The notes under the pieces were generated by a model. It saw only the letters and a list, made by a program, of their open reading frames with translations, was not told where the DNA came from and made no database searches. The translations under genes were made by a program, and so were the position numbers. From contig JAGVBZ010000025.1 of NCBI GenBank assembly GCA_020059465.1, positions 2,913-66,912 on the forward strand: a stretch of DNA of 64,000 bases, written 5' to 3'. The DNA comes from Brevinematales bacterium (GTDB lineage Bacteria > Spirochaetota > Brevinematia > Brevinematales > GWF1-51-8). Of the stretch, positions 9,026-17,855 are shown piece by piece; position 1 is the stretch's first letter; every line of letters starts with the position of its first letter.

Positions 9026-10177
9026 ATGGCGAAATTTCTGAAAGATAACGGCATTTTAATCGCAATGGTCTTATTGGGCATACTGATGTCCGTTCTTTCC
9101 CCCTCGTTCCGTTCGACCGCCAATCTCTCCAACCTCATTCTCCAGATGTGCATCACCGGGACTCTCGCGGTGGGTATGACAATGGTCATCCTGCTGGGCG
9201 GTATCGACCTCTCGGTCGGTTCGGTGATCGCGCTGTCCGGGGTGGAGGCCGCGCTCCTCATGCAGTCCGGGGTGAACGTATGGCTCGCGATCGGGATCAC
9301 CCTCCTCACCGCGGGGTTCCTGCTCGGGCTATGGAACGGGTTCTGGATCGCCAAGTTCAATATCCCGCCATTTATCATCACCCTCGGTATGATGACGATT
9401 TCACGCGGACTCGCGCACCTTCTGACCGGCGGAAGCACGCCGCCTATCACCGACTCGACCTTCTATTTCATCGGGAACGGGTATATTCCGCCGCTTCCGT
9501 CACTGATAATCATTATCCTCGCGCTGGCGGGATTTATTTACAGCGTATTCGCGGGAATCGCCAAGAAAAAGAAATATTCGATTCCGATTAAAACTATAGA
9601 ATGGCTGCCGAACTTCATTATCGGGATAGTCGGGTTCGCGTTCGCGTCATGGATATTCCTCAGTTCGAGGGGCGGCGCGAATATGGACAAAAACCTCGGT
9701 ATCCCCGTGCCCGCTGCGATTATGTCGGTCGTCATATTCATCGGCTACTTCCTCCTGACCAATACCCGTTTCGGACGGCGCATTTACGCGATCGGCGGGA
9801 ACCAGGAAGCCGCGCGCCTTTCGGGTATTAATATCACCGGCGTAAAAATGGGCGTCTATTCGATCATGACCGTGCTTGCGGCGGTCGGCGGCTTCATCGC
9901 GGCGTCCCGCGTCAGTTCGGCGTCCCCCAACGCGGGTACGATGATGGAGCTCGACGTGATCGCGGCGGTGGTGATCGGCGGCACAAGCCTCTCCGGGGGA
10001 TCGGGTACCATCAAGGGCGCGATCATCGGGGCTATATTCATACAGATACTGATGAACGGTATGAGCGTGCTGTCGGTACTCGAGCCGGTACAGAACGTTG
10101 TCAAGGGCTTTATCATTATACTCGCCGTCCTTTTCGACGTGCTCCAGAAGAAGCGAAAATCAACAGCGGTTAAGTAA
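9026..10177 (+). CDS. Sugar-type ABC transporter permease (RbsC/XylH family)
   Basis: 383 aa and polytopic, with family-typical GGIDLSVGS, RFGRRIYAIGGNQEAARLSGI and GGTSLSGGSGTIKGA. No ATPase or binding-protein gene is adjacent. Confidence 0.85.
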   Translation: MAKFLKDNGILIAMVLLGILMSVLSPSFRSTANLSNLILQMCITGTLAVGMTMVILLGGIDLSVGSVIALSGVEAALLMQSGVNVWLAIGITLLTAGFLLGLWNGFWIAKFNIPPFIITLGMMTISRGLAHLLTGGSTPPITDSTFYFIGNGYIPPLPSLIIIILALAGFIYSVFAGIAKKKKYSIPIKTIEWLPNFIIGIVGFAFASWIFLSSRGGANMDKNLGIPVPAAIMSVVIFIGYFLLTNTRFGRRIYAIGGNQEAARLSGINITGVKMGVYSIMTVLAAVGGFIAASRVSSASPNAGTMMELDVIAAVVIGGTSLSGGSGTIKGAIIGAIFIQILMNGMSVLSVLEPVQNVVKGFIIILAVLFDVLQKKRKSTAVK

Positions 10178-10211
10178 TAAGGAAAATTTACCGAAACTTA
10201 GCTTAGTATTT

Positions 10212-10240
10212 TTGCCTTTTTTATTTTCGTGAGTTATAAT
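10212..10240 (+). promoter_or_regulatory. Sigma70-type promoter of the cyclase operon
   Basis: TTGCCT (10212-10217), 17 nt, TATAAT (10235-10240), about 35 nt upstream of ATG 10276. Confidence 0.5.
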
Positions 10241-10275
10241 TCGGTTAGTAAGCAACGTTTAAATGGGGAAAGGGA

Positions 10276-11985
10276 ATGAAAAACACATTTTCAGAGTTCC
10301 TACTTGGGAAAAAAGTAGGTACGGCTCGTGTCGTCCCGCTTTCTACGAAAATTCTACTGGTGTTTGTTATCTTCATTTTAGCTTCGAACTTTGTTTCGAA
10401 CTATATCAACCTTGTCCTGAACCAGGGCGAGCTTATTCAGTCGATGAAACAACTCCTCATCAAGGATCTGAAAGAAATCTATCTTTTCTGTAATAATCAG
10501 CGCGAAATCTACGAATTCAATAAAAATATGGACATGGCGGTCTCGAATATCGAGACCCGTTCACTGAACACGTTTAAAAATAAAAAATCCGTCCTGTTCG
10601 GTATCAGGCCTGACGGGACTTTTATGTTCCAAGGCTCTAAGATAGAAAAGGCCTCCATATTCGAGGATCAGAACGCGCTTCAGGCAATGATTGCCAGCGG
10701 TACGAATATCAGCACCGAAGGGGCGCTTAATTTTTCATTCCACGGCGAAAGTTATCTGGGTATCTATAAATACAACCCGAAGTGGGGCGTATATCTTGTC
10801 CGCGCCGAGGAAATGAACGAGTTTAACGAACCGTCCCAGCAGATTTTCCTGAATATCGCCCTGATCATAGCGATCATCACACTGGTGAGCATGATTGTCG
10901 GGGTGTTTATTATCCAGCGCCTCACCCATTTTATCGGCCAGATCACCAACTCCATCATGGCAATGAGCGATAATCAGCAGTTGGATTTTGTCGATATTAA
11001 AAAAGCTCCTAACGACGACATTACCTTCCTTGGAATGGCATTCAACTCGCTTTCTACTACTATCAACAATCTTCTATTAATATTCCGGAAATTTGTTAAT
11101 AAAGACATAGTCAGAAAGGCGTATGACGAAAAAGAAGTCCGCCTCGAGGGAAAACAGCTCGAACTGACGATGCTGTTCACCGATATCAAGAGTTTCACCT
11201 ATATTACGGAAACCCTCGGTACCGATATCATTAAGCTGTTAAATATCCATTACGACCGCGCTATCCGCGAGATCGTGAACCTCGACGGTATTATCGGGTC
11301 GATCATCGGCGACGCTCTCCTTGCGGTATACGGTGTTATCGATGAAATGCAGATGAACAAATCGCTGAAAGCGGTACTGTCCGGTTATAAGATACAGGAA
11401 GTCGCGGAAATGCTCCGTCTGGAAATGCATAAGCGGAAAGAGGAGATTATCCGTACTAAGGGCGCGTTGACTGAACTTGAGGAAAAAGTTTATAAGGCCG
11501 TACTCCTCGAAGTCGGCGTCGGTATCGACGGCGGACTGGTATTCTATGGAAACATCGGGTCGTATGTCCGCATGACCAACACCGTAATCGGCGACAACGT
11601 AAACGCGGCTTCGCGTCTCGAAGGCCTGACACGGGTATATAAAGTTCCCGTCATATGTTCCAAGTATGTCAAGGACGAGATAGAAAAAACATCGTCGAAA
11701 TTCGGTATTACTTTTGTCGAGCTCGATACGGTGCAGGTAAAGGGTAAGACGGAAGGGGTGACGGTTTATTGGCCTATACCCCAGGACAGAATGACTAAAG
11801 AGATTCAGGATAATATTAAAATATTCTCCGATGCCTTAAAAGATTATTATAAAGGCGACTGGGTAAAAGCGAATGAGAAGTTTGTAAAAGTGGATCTTGC
11901 GCTTGCGGAAGTGTTCAAAGATCGCACCCAGAAAAAAATACCACCCAGTAACTGGAGCGGCATATGGACAATGACAACAAAATAA
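10276..11985 (+). CDS. Membrane sensor adenylate/guanylate cyclase (two TM segments, extracytoplasmic domain, HAMP, class III catalytic domain)
   Basis: TM segments near aa 20-45 and 195-215. The catalytic domain carries LTMLFTDIKSFT, IIGDALLAVYG and VIGDNVNAASRLEGL, so the metal Asp pair and the Asn/Arg are present. Confidence 0.88.
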   Translation: MKNTFSEFLLGKKVGTARVVPLSTKILLVFVIFILASNFVSNYINLVLNQGELIQSMKQLLIKDLKEIYLFCNNQREIYEFNKNMDMAVSNIETRSLNTFKNKKSVLFGIRPDGTFMFQGSKIEKASIFEDQNALQAMIASGTNISTEGALNFSFHGESYLGIYKYNPKWGVYLVRAEEMNEFNEPSQQIFLNIALIIAIITLVSMIVGVFIIQRLTHFIGQITNSIMAMSDNQQLDFVDIKKAPNDDITFLGMAFNSLSTTINNLLLIFRKFVNKDIVRKAYDEKEVRLEGKQLELTMLFTDIKSFTYITETLGTDIIKLLNIHYDRAIREIVNLDGIIGSIIGDALLAVYGVIDEMQMNKSLKAVLSGYKIQEVAEMLRLEMHKRKEEIIRTKGALTELEEKVYKAVLLEVGVGIDGGLVFYGNIGSYVRMTNTVIGDNVNAASRLEGLTRVYKVPVICSKYVKDEIEKTSSKFGITFVELDTVQVKGKTEGVTVYWPIPQDRMTKEIQDNIKIFSDALKDYYKGDWVKANEKFVKVDLALAEVFKDRTQKKIPPSNWSGIWTMTTK

Positions 11986-13316
11986 GCCAGGTTGTAAACC
12001 AGGCCAAATCGAGTTTCCTGAAAGGTGAAGTAGTCGATTCCACCCGTGAGGTAATCGAGTACTCGCTGGATAAGGAGTTTTCCAAATCAAAGAAGAACAG
12101 GCGCGTGCTGATTGTCTGGTCAATCGTGATCTTTTTAGTCCTGATGGCCGGCGCGGCGTTTTTTACCGTATATATGATCCAGCAGAAGCAGACAAACGTG
12201 CAGGTCGATATCGCAGAATTCGAGGACCTCAAACTCACGGAACTTCTGAAATCCGCCAGCACCGATAAGTCTCGTATCACGTTCCTCGAACAGGATATCA
12301 AACAACTCGTATTCCAGAAGAATCAGGAAATCGACCAGATAAAAAGTCAGACGGAACAGCTGATCCAGATCGCCCAGCAGAAGGGGCTTTCTAAAGCCGA
12401 GGAGAACGCCGAAGTAGCCATGCTCCAGAAGCAGGGAAGCGCAAAAGTATCCTCGGTCGGTCAGAAATATGATTCAAAAATCGCAATGAAGAAGGAAGAA
12501 GTCAGCGACCTTAAGAAGAGCCTGCAGGAAAAAGGCGAATCGGGGGATGCGTCCCAGAATACCGGAGCGTATTCCGAGTATGAGAAAATATTTGAAATCC
12601 GTCTTGAGAAAACAAAAGAATACTACGACTCCAAAATAAAAGAGCTCAATAAGCAGCACCTCAAGGATATTGCGCAGATGCAGAAACTGAATCAGGAACT
12701 GATCAAGGTTCTTATCCTGAAATACAACCCTTATATAAAAGACGATGCAGTTAAGTCTCTGATCGCCGTAAAGTACGCCCCGGTCGGCGGGACGCTTGGC
12801 GAATACAACGCGCTGCTCGGCAAAGAGAACATTATGTCGAAGGCCGATTTTGACGCTATGAAATTGAAGAACGCGAATTTTTCGTCAATTTTCACCCGTG
12901 TCTATAGTATCCCCTACACCAACTCGGTACCGTACGCGCTCGCGGGGATCAAGTACTTCCACGATTCGGCGCTGAAAGACTATGACGTCTTATGGCAGAA
13001 AGCGATAAAAACTGTCGAGAAGAAGAATAAACTGATCGACACCTACGAATACGCGTTCGAATATTATACGAAGCTCGGACGCGAGACAGGATATATCCTC
13101 GACCCGCGCGACCCGAAGAAAATGGTGGTCTATATTAATAAGGCCTACCTCATTAAAAAGGGCGACACCGCGATCGTGTTCCGCAACGACGACGAGTATA
13201 TCGGGAAGATCAAACTTGACCCGCAGGCCGACGCTGTTATCGCGGAAGTACTCGAACTCGCGGAAGGGGAAAAGATTCTCCCTCTCGACCGTATCCTGAT
13301 TAATATCAAGCAGTAG
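11964..13316 (+). CDS. Hypothetical bitopic coiled-coil protein
   Basis: 450 aa. Overlaps the cyclase 3' end by 22 nt. One TM segment (VLIVWSIVIFLVLMAGAAFFTVYMI) is followed by long heptad-like K/E/Q-rich stretches. No family recognised. Confidence 0.6.
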   Translation: MDNDNKISQVVNQAKSSFLKGEVVDSTREVIEYSLDKEFSKSKKNRRVLIVWSIVIFLVLMAGAAFFTVYMIQQKQTNVQVDIAEFEDLKLTELLKSASTDKSRITFLEQDIKQLVFQKNQEIDQIKSQTEQLIQIAQQKGLSKAEENAEVAMLQKQGSAKVSSVGQKYDSKIAMKKEEVSDLKKSLQEKGESGDASQNTGAYSEYEKIFEIRLEKTKEYYDSKIKELNKQHLKDIAQMQKLNQELIKVLILKYNPYIKDDAVKSLIAVKYAPVGGTLGEYNALLGKENIMSKADFDAMKLKNANFSSIFTRVYSIPYTNSVPYALAGIKYFHDSALKDYDVLWQKAIKTVEKKNKLIDTYEYAFEYYTKLGRETGYILDPRDPKKMVVYINKAYLIKKGDTAIVFRNDDEYIGKIKLDPQADAVIAEVLELAEGEKILPLDRILINIKQ

Positions 13317-13333
13317 AAATGAAGGAGTATTCC

Positions 13334-14170
13334 ATGAAAGCAAAAATATCCGTATTATTTATATTTCTCGCGTTTATCGCCGTCCCCGCATTCGCGTCCG
13401 TATGGGACAGCACGGGGCTGACACAAGTATCCGAGGGCACCGAAGAAGATAAAAAGACGATTAATCTGCAGAGCGGTTCAGGCTTCCAATTTAAGGTGAT
13501 CTACGGGGCGGATGTTTCCGATAAACAGGCAGCGAAGATCGCCGATGTCGCCGCCGAAATTACCGGATGGAAAACCCTGACGCTGAGCGATCTCCGTTTT
13601 TATGTCGCCGATAAGACCATCGATGTGGTAGTCGTTCCGGTTAAAATCACCATCGATTCCGCCGATTATTCGACCTATTTCCCGTCCGGGCTGTTCTTTT
13701 TCGTCGACCTGACCGATTATATCCTGCGTTACGATTTCAGAATGAACTACAAGGGCAACCTGTTCCTGCGCGTCAAGGGAATTTATGTCAACGAGACCGA
13801 ACTACGCAAGCAGATCGAATCGGCGGTCGCCAACCCCAAGGCGTATATCAAAACAGGGGATGTCGAATATCTTGTCAATAAGCTCGAAGACCTTGAAGCG
13901 AAAGTCGCGCAGATGAAGTACGACATGTTCGAACTCCAGAAGGAGAACTTCCGTCTGAAAGCGGCGGTCGTTTCGCTCCAGAATCGTGGCTTTTTCGGCG
14001 ACGTATTCCCTGTAAAGATAGAGACCATCCAGAAAGTGGTCGATTTCAAAAAGGATAACCCGTCGATGAATAAAGACCAGATTCAGAAAGAGATGGAGAA
14101 GCAGGGAGTGAAGGTCTCCGGAAACGAAGTTTTTCTGATACTCAGCGTCTATTACAACGAGTATAAATAG
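13334..14170 (+). CDS. Hypothetical secreted protein with central coiled coil
   Basis: ATG 13334 has AAGGAG 7 nt upstream, while the track start is 13319. Signal peptide ends AFA-S. Coiled-coil segment LVNKLEDLEAKVAQMKYDMFELQKENFRLK. Starts within 20 nt of the upstream stop. Confidence 0.6.
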   Translation: MKAKISVLFIFLAFIAVPAFASVWDSTGLTQVSEGTEEDKKTINLQSGSGFQFKVIYGADVSDKQAAKIADVAAEITGWKTLTLSDLRFYVADKTIDVVVVPVKITIDSADYSTYFPSGLFFFVDLTDYILRYDFRMNYKGNLFLRVKGIYVNETELRKQIESAVANPKAYIKTGDVEYLVNKLEDLEAKVAQMKYDMFELQKENFRLKAAVVSLQNRGFFGDVFPVKIETIQKVVDFKKDNPSMNKDQIQKEMEKQGVKVSGNEVFLILSVYYNEYK

Positions 14171-14408
14171 CCCGCGCAATCCCTTTTCACCACAGTTACA
14201 GCCCGCGCTATCAATATAGAAAATCATAATACCGGTTTCCGCGCATTCTTTTTTCGCCAAAATTTCCCGAAATCCGTAAATATTCTAACCATCCCCGCTA
14301 GAATTTGTCTATTCCAACAGACACAGCGTGAAAAATCCGGCGCCGATTTTTTCTTGTCAATGCGAACTGTAACGCGGGATAGAGCATTCCGTTTGTTATA
14401 GTGTAACA

Positions 14409-14437
14409 GACTGCTTCGGTTTACGCCTCGCAATGAC
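14409..14437 (-). repeat. Copy of the dispersed GTCATTGCGAGGC...GAAGCAGTC repeat (reverse orientation)
   Basis: GACTGCTTCGGTTTACGCCTCGCAATGAC is the reverse complement of GTCATTGCGAGGCGTAAACCGAAGCAGTC. This matches the element at 29480-29511. Confidence 0.7.
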
Positions 14438-14505
14438 AGCGGGTTATTAGAACTGATTTTGTATAGCAGGGAGCGATATTAAGAATTCGCTTATCCCCGC
14501 CGCCG

Positions 14506-14562
14506 CGCAGGCCACCGATTATTTTTTGTTCAGGTTATCGTAATGGATAAATTGTACGCAGT
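14506..14562 (+). repeat. 57-nt intergenic repeat, copy 1
   Basis: CGCAGGCCACCGATTATTTTTTGTTCAGGTTATCGTAATGGATAAATTGTACGCAGT. Identical to copy 2 at 48 of 57 positions by hand alignment. Confidence 0.75.
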
Positions 14563-14595
14563 TAACAATCGCAAGAATGCGCATATCTACGCCGT

Positions 14596-14652
14596 CGCAG
14601 GCTACCGATTATTTTATGCTCGGGTTTTCGTAATGGGTTTAGTGTACGCAGT
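14596..14652 (+). repeat. 57-nt intergenic repeat, copy 2
   Basis: CGCAGGCTACCGATTATTTTATGCTCGGGTTTTCGTAATGGGTTTAGTGTACGCAGT, offset exactly 90 nt from copy 1. Its 3' end abuts the -35 box below. Confidence 0.75.
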
Positions 14653-14654
14653 AC

Positions 14655-14683
14655 TTGATTTTTACCCCGTATCCTGTTAAAAT
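14655..14683 (+). promoter_or_regulatory. Sigma70-type promoter of the VWA-TPR gene
   Basis: TTGATT (14655-14660), 17 nt, TAAAAT (14678-14683), directly preceded by GTACGCAGTAC (14644-14654). Confidence 0.5.
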
Positions 14684-14703
14684 AGAATTGTCCGGAGGAA
14701 ACA

Positions 14704-16407
14704 ATGCACCTTGCAAATAGGGATATATGGTTATGGATTCTATTGGCCGTGCTTGCGCTTACCGGCCTGATTATTTGGAGTTTTATGCGGCGGCGCAGTA
14801 TTGTCAGACGGGCTTTTTCCGAGGGGCAGAAGGCGTCACTGCTGTCCAATTTCAGTCCCGGCGCGCGCCTGTTCCGTACGATTATACTCGGAATGTCGCT
14901 CTTTTTCCTCGGCCTCGCAATTCTCGACCCGCGTTGGGGCTCGCAGGCTGTCGAGCGCGAGATGTCCGGAATCGATATCGTGTTCCTGATGGATATCTCC
15001 GCCAGCATGGATACCGAGGATGTCCCCGGAAGCCGCTTGGGGTATGCGAAACAGCTTTCCCAGCAGCTCATGAGTCTTCTCGCGGGCAATCGTATCGGTG
15101 TCGCCGGATACGCCGGATTCGGGTTCAAGGTCATCCCTCTGACCGCCGATATCAACGCGGCCATCCTTTTCCTTAACGAACTATCGACGTCGATGATCGA
15201 CATACAGGGCTCCAATCTCGAAGACGGCCTGAAGACCGCGATGGAGCTTTTCGATAAACAAGCCCTGACCCACCGCGCTATCGTGGTATTTACCGACGGC
15301 GAGGATTACGAATTTTCGCCGCTCGAGCAGGCAAAACAGGCAAAACAGTCCGGTATTCGCGTCTACACCCTCGGTATCGGCACCCCCGAAGGCGCAAAGG
15401 TCCCAATCCTCGACCAGTACGGAGCGGTTAAGGACTATATGATGGAGGGCGGCAAAACCGTCGTATCCCGTCTGAACGAGACGCTGCTGAAATCGGTCGC
15501 TCAGGAGTCGGGCGGGATTTACGCTCCCGGCACAGAAGACGGAATCCTGCAGATCGCGAAGAATCTCGGCGAACTCGAGAAGTCCAAATTCGGGAGTAAT
15601 ATTTACGAATTCATGGAGCCGCAGTACCAGTATTTCCTGACAGCCGCCGTGCTTCTGCTCCTGATCTTTATCCTGATGCCCGACCGGAAGCTGAATACCC
15701 GTAAACCCGCGGTACCGCTGGCCGTTCTCTTGTTGGCGCTTCTTCTGCCGGTCGGCGGGTATGCATCGGATGCGTCAGACGGGGTAAAATCATATAAGAA
15801 GAGCGAGTATCAGAAGGCGCTCCAGTTTTTCCAGAAAGCCATCACCGCCGACCCGAAGAACGAACTCCTGCGGTATAACGAGGCCAACTCGTACTACCAG
15901 ATGAAACAGTACGCTCCCGCGATGACAGGGTATCTTTCGCTGACCAATTCGAAAAATAACGACGCGCAGGCAAAGGCGTTCTATAATCTCGGAAACGCAT
16001 TCGCCGCGCAGAAGGATTATAAGAACGCGCTGCTTTCCTATAAATATGTCCTCGACCATGCCGACCCTAAATCGGAGGTATTTCAGCGCGCGCTGAAAAA
16101 CTTTGTGTTTCTGAAGCAGAAATTCCCGCCCCAGCAGCAGAAGGACGATCAGAAGGAAGAGAAGGACAACAAAGATGAGGAGAATAAAGACCAGAATAAA
16201 GATCAGAAAGATGACAAGAAAGAAAAAGAACCGAAAAACCCCGATAATCAGCAAAAACAACAGCAGCAGCAGGCACAGCAGCAGAAACCTATCTCGCCGA
16301 CCGATATCGAGAACCTTCTCAACCTGATCGAGGAAGAGGAAAAAAAGCACCTGACGGACAAAGAAAAACCGACGGGGAAGCTGATCTATCCCAAGATAAA
16401 GTATTGA
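14704..16407 (+). CDS. VWA-domain membrane protein fused to TPR repeats (BatB/BatC-like)
   Basis: N-terminal TM segments, MIDAS motif DIVFLMDISASMDTED, VVFTDGEDY, a further TM segment, then TPR units (YKKSEYQKALQFFQKAITADP, FYNLGNAFAAQKDYKNAL). The tail is K/D/E/Q-rich and low-complexity. Confidence 0.85.
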   Translation: MHLANRDIWLWILLAVLALTGLIIWSFMRRRSIVRRAFSEGQKASLLSNFSPGARLFRTIILGMSLFFLGLAILDPRWGSQAVEREMSGIDIVFLMDISASMDTEDVPGSRLGYAKQLSQQLMSLLAGNRIGVAGYAGFGFKVIPLTADINAAILFLNELSTSMIDIQGSNLEDGLKTAMELFDKQALTHRAIVVFTDGEDYEFSPLEQAKQAKQSGIRVYTLGIGTPEGAKVPILDQYGAVKDYMMEGGKTVVSRLNETLLKSVAQESGGIYAPGTEDGILQIAKNLGELEKSKFGSNIYEFMEPQYQYFLTAAVLLLLIFILMPDRKLNTRKPAVPLAVLLLALLLPVGGYASDASDGVKSYKKSEYQKALQFFQKAITADPKNELLRYNEANSYYQMKQYAPAMTGYLSLTNSKNNDAQAKAFYNLGNAFAAQKDYKNALLSYKYVLDHADPKSEVFQRALKNFVFLKQKFPPQQQKDDQKEEKDNKDEENKDQNKDQKDDKKEKEPKNPDNQQKQQQQQAQQQKPISPTDIENLLNLIEEEEKKHLTDKEKPTGKLIYPKIKY

Positions 16408-16476
16408 ATATTCAATATTTAACGTTATTTTTCCGATAAAAAAATATCCGTTCAACGCAGAGATTACGGGGAGAGA

Positions 16477-17826
16477 ATGCGTTATTTTGTCAGTATATTC
16501 TTATTCTTAATTCTTAAAGCGGGGCAGACAGGCGCCGCATATTACTTCATGCTGTATTTCCAAATGAAACATGACATCTGGCTGATCGCGTTCTATGGGG
16601 GCGCGTCGCTCTTCCAGTTCGCGTTTTATCTCTACGCCACCCTGATCTCCGGAAAGGGCGGGAACGCAAATATTCTGATAAAACGGAACTCGTCGATCAT
16701 CACCTACTTCATGGAACTGGTAGCGGTCGGGGCGTCGCTCTATTATCTTTTCATGCTGAGGAACCCTCTTCTGCCCCTGGAATTCATGTTCGTAGTCGCA
16801 ACCTTTATCGGTAATCTTTTCTTTGCGGCTCATAAAACCGTGCTCTCGTTCCTGATTAAAAACTCCAAAATAAAGATTCACAGTTCCGGAATCGTATCAA
16901 CCATTATCTTCCTGTTTTTCGCGTTCGCCGTACCTCTCGCTTATATCGTCGCAAAGGAGTTTTACTACAAGCAGACCATCGAGCCCATCGATATCTACCT
17001 CATCTCCGGCGCGCTTCTGATAAACTGGATCGCCGTGCTATGGCTTATAATCACCAAAAACCGCCGGGGAAGATTAACCGCGCGCACCCTTCATCCGATT
17101 GACGTGTATATCGAGAAGGACACCACACAGGTATTCGACGACAGCGAAATAGGATACATTCAGACCGAGATCAAAGAACTGATCGCGCGCCTGATTCGTG
17201 AGAAGTCCAGTATCATGCTGTTTAATAATTACACATCCGCGCAGATCAGGGAGCACGCAGTCCGGTACGGGATCGAGATGAACGGCGAAACCAAGACTGC
17301 GACGATTGCGACGTTTATCTACGATGTCCCGAAGGATATCACCGACCCGCAGGAAATCCTCCGAATAAATAACCGAATTGTAGGAATAATCGGCGAGATG
17401 GCGGGCGACTACGACGGATACCCGTTCTTCTATCACAACCATGCAATCATCGTATTCGGCATCCCGTTTTATTTCGAGCACCAGAAATACAACGCGGTCG
17501 AATGCGCCACACGGGTCATCTGGGATATTTATAATTTTGCCGGGAATGAAAGTCTGCATATCGATATCAGCACGGGTATATTTACCGGCCCGCTGGTGTT
17601 CGGAACGATGAACACGCCCGGAAAGGGGCTGAAAGAAATCCGCGCAGTCGGCCAGTCCATCGATAATTCTTATAAAATTGCGGCGATTTCCAAAAACCTT
17701 AAGGTGAAGCTTCTGACATGTAACGAAACTATTGAAAACCTCAAGACCAAGTTCTATGTCGAGAAAACCTATAAGATAAAACTCGATACCGGCGAGATGA
17801 TGCTCCTGAATAAGGTAAAAGCATAA
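16477..17826 (+). CDS. Polytopic membrane protein with degenerate class III cyclase-like C-terminal domain
   Basis: About 6 N-terminal TM segments. The C-terminal region aligns by hand to the cyclase fold (TIATFIYDV / AIIVFGIP / ISTGIFTGPLVFGT / VGQSIDNSYKI), but the second metal Asp and the Asn/Arg positions are substituted. Confidence 0.6.
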   Translation: MRYFVSIFLFLILKAGQTGAAYYFMLYFQMKHDIWLIAFYGGASLFQFAFYLYATLISGKGGNANILIKRNSSIITYFMELVAVGASLYYLFMLRNPLLPLEFMFVVATFIGNLFFAAHKTVLSFLIKNSKIKIHSSGIVSTIIFLFFAFAVPLAYIVAKEFYYKQTIEPIDIYLISGALLINWIAVLWLIITKNRRGRLTARTLHPIDVYIEKDTTQVFDDSEIGYIQTEIKELIARLIREKSSIMLFNNYTSAQIREHAVRYGIEMNGETKTATIATFIYDVPKDITDPQEILRINNRIVGIIGEMAGDYDGYPFFYHNHAIIVFGIPFYFEHQKYNAVECATRVIWDIYNFAGNESLHIDISTGIFTGPLVFGTMNTPGKGLKEIRAVGQSIDNSYKIAAISKNLKVKLLTCNETIENLKTKFYVEKTYKIKLDTGEMMLLNKVKA

Positions 17827-17855
17827 CTGTCCCGGCGAACCACCCTATCGAAAAC

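Noticed and set aside
14224-14433. 69-aa - strand ORF in the 533-nt intergenic region
   Set aside because: It has no RBS, and the translation is basic and low-complexity. It overlaps the dispersed repeat copy and is most likely non-coding.
14498-14652. Possible CRISPR array (repeat-spacer-repeat look)
   Set aside because: There are only two copies. The repeats are 57 nt long and only about 84% identical, the spacer is about 33 nt, and no cas genes occur in the window. It was treated as a promoter-associated tandem repeat instead.
14562-16455. 217-aa and 221-aa - strand ORFs (14562-15215, 15790-16455)
   Set aside because: Both are antisense to the VWA-TPR gene. The second is merely the reverse reading of the K/D/E/Q low-complexity tail (poly-Leu/Phe).
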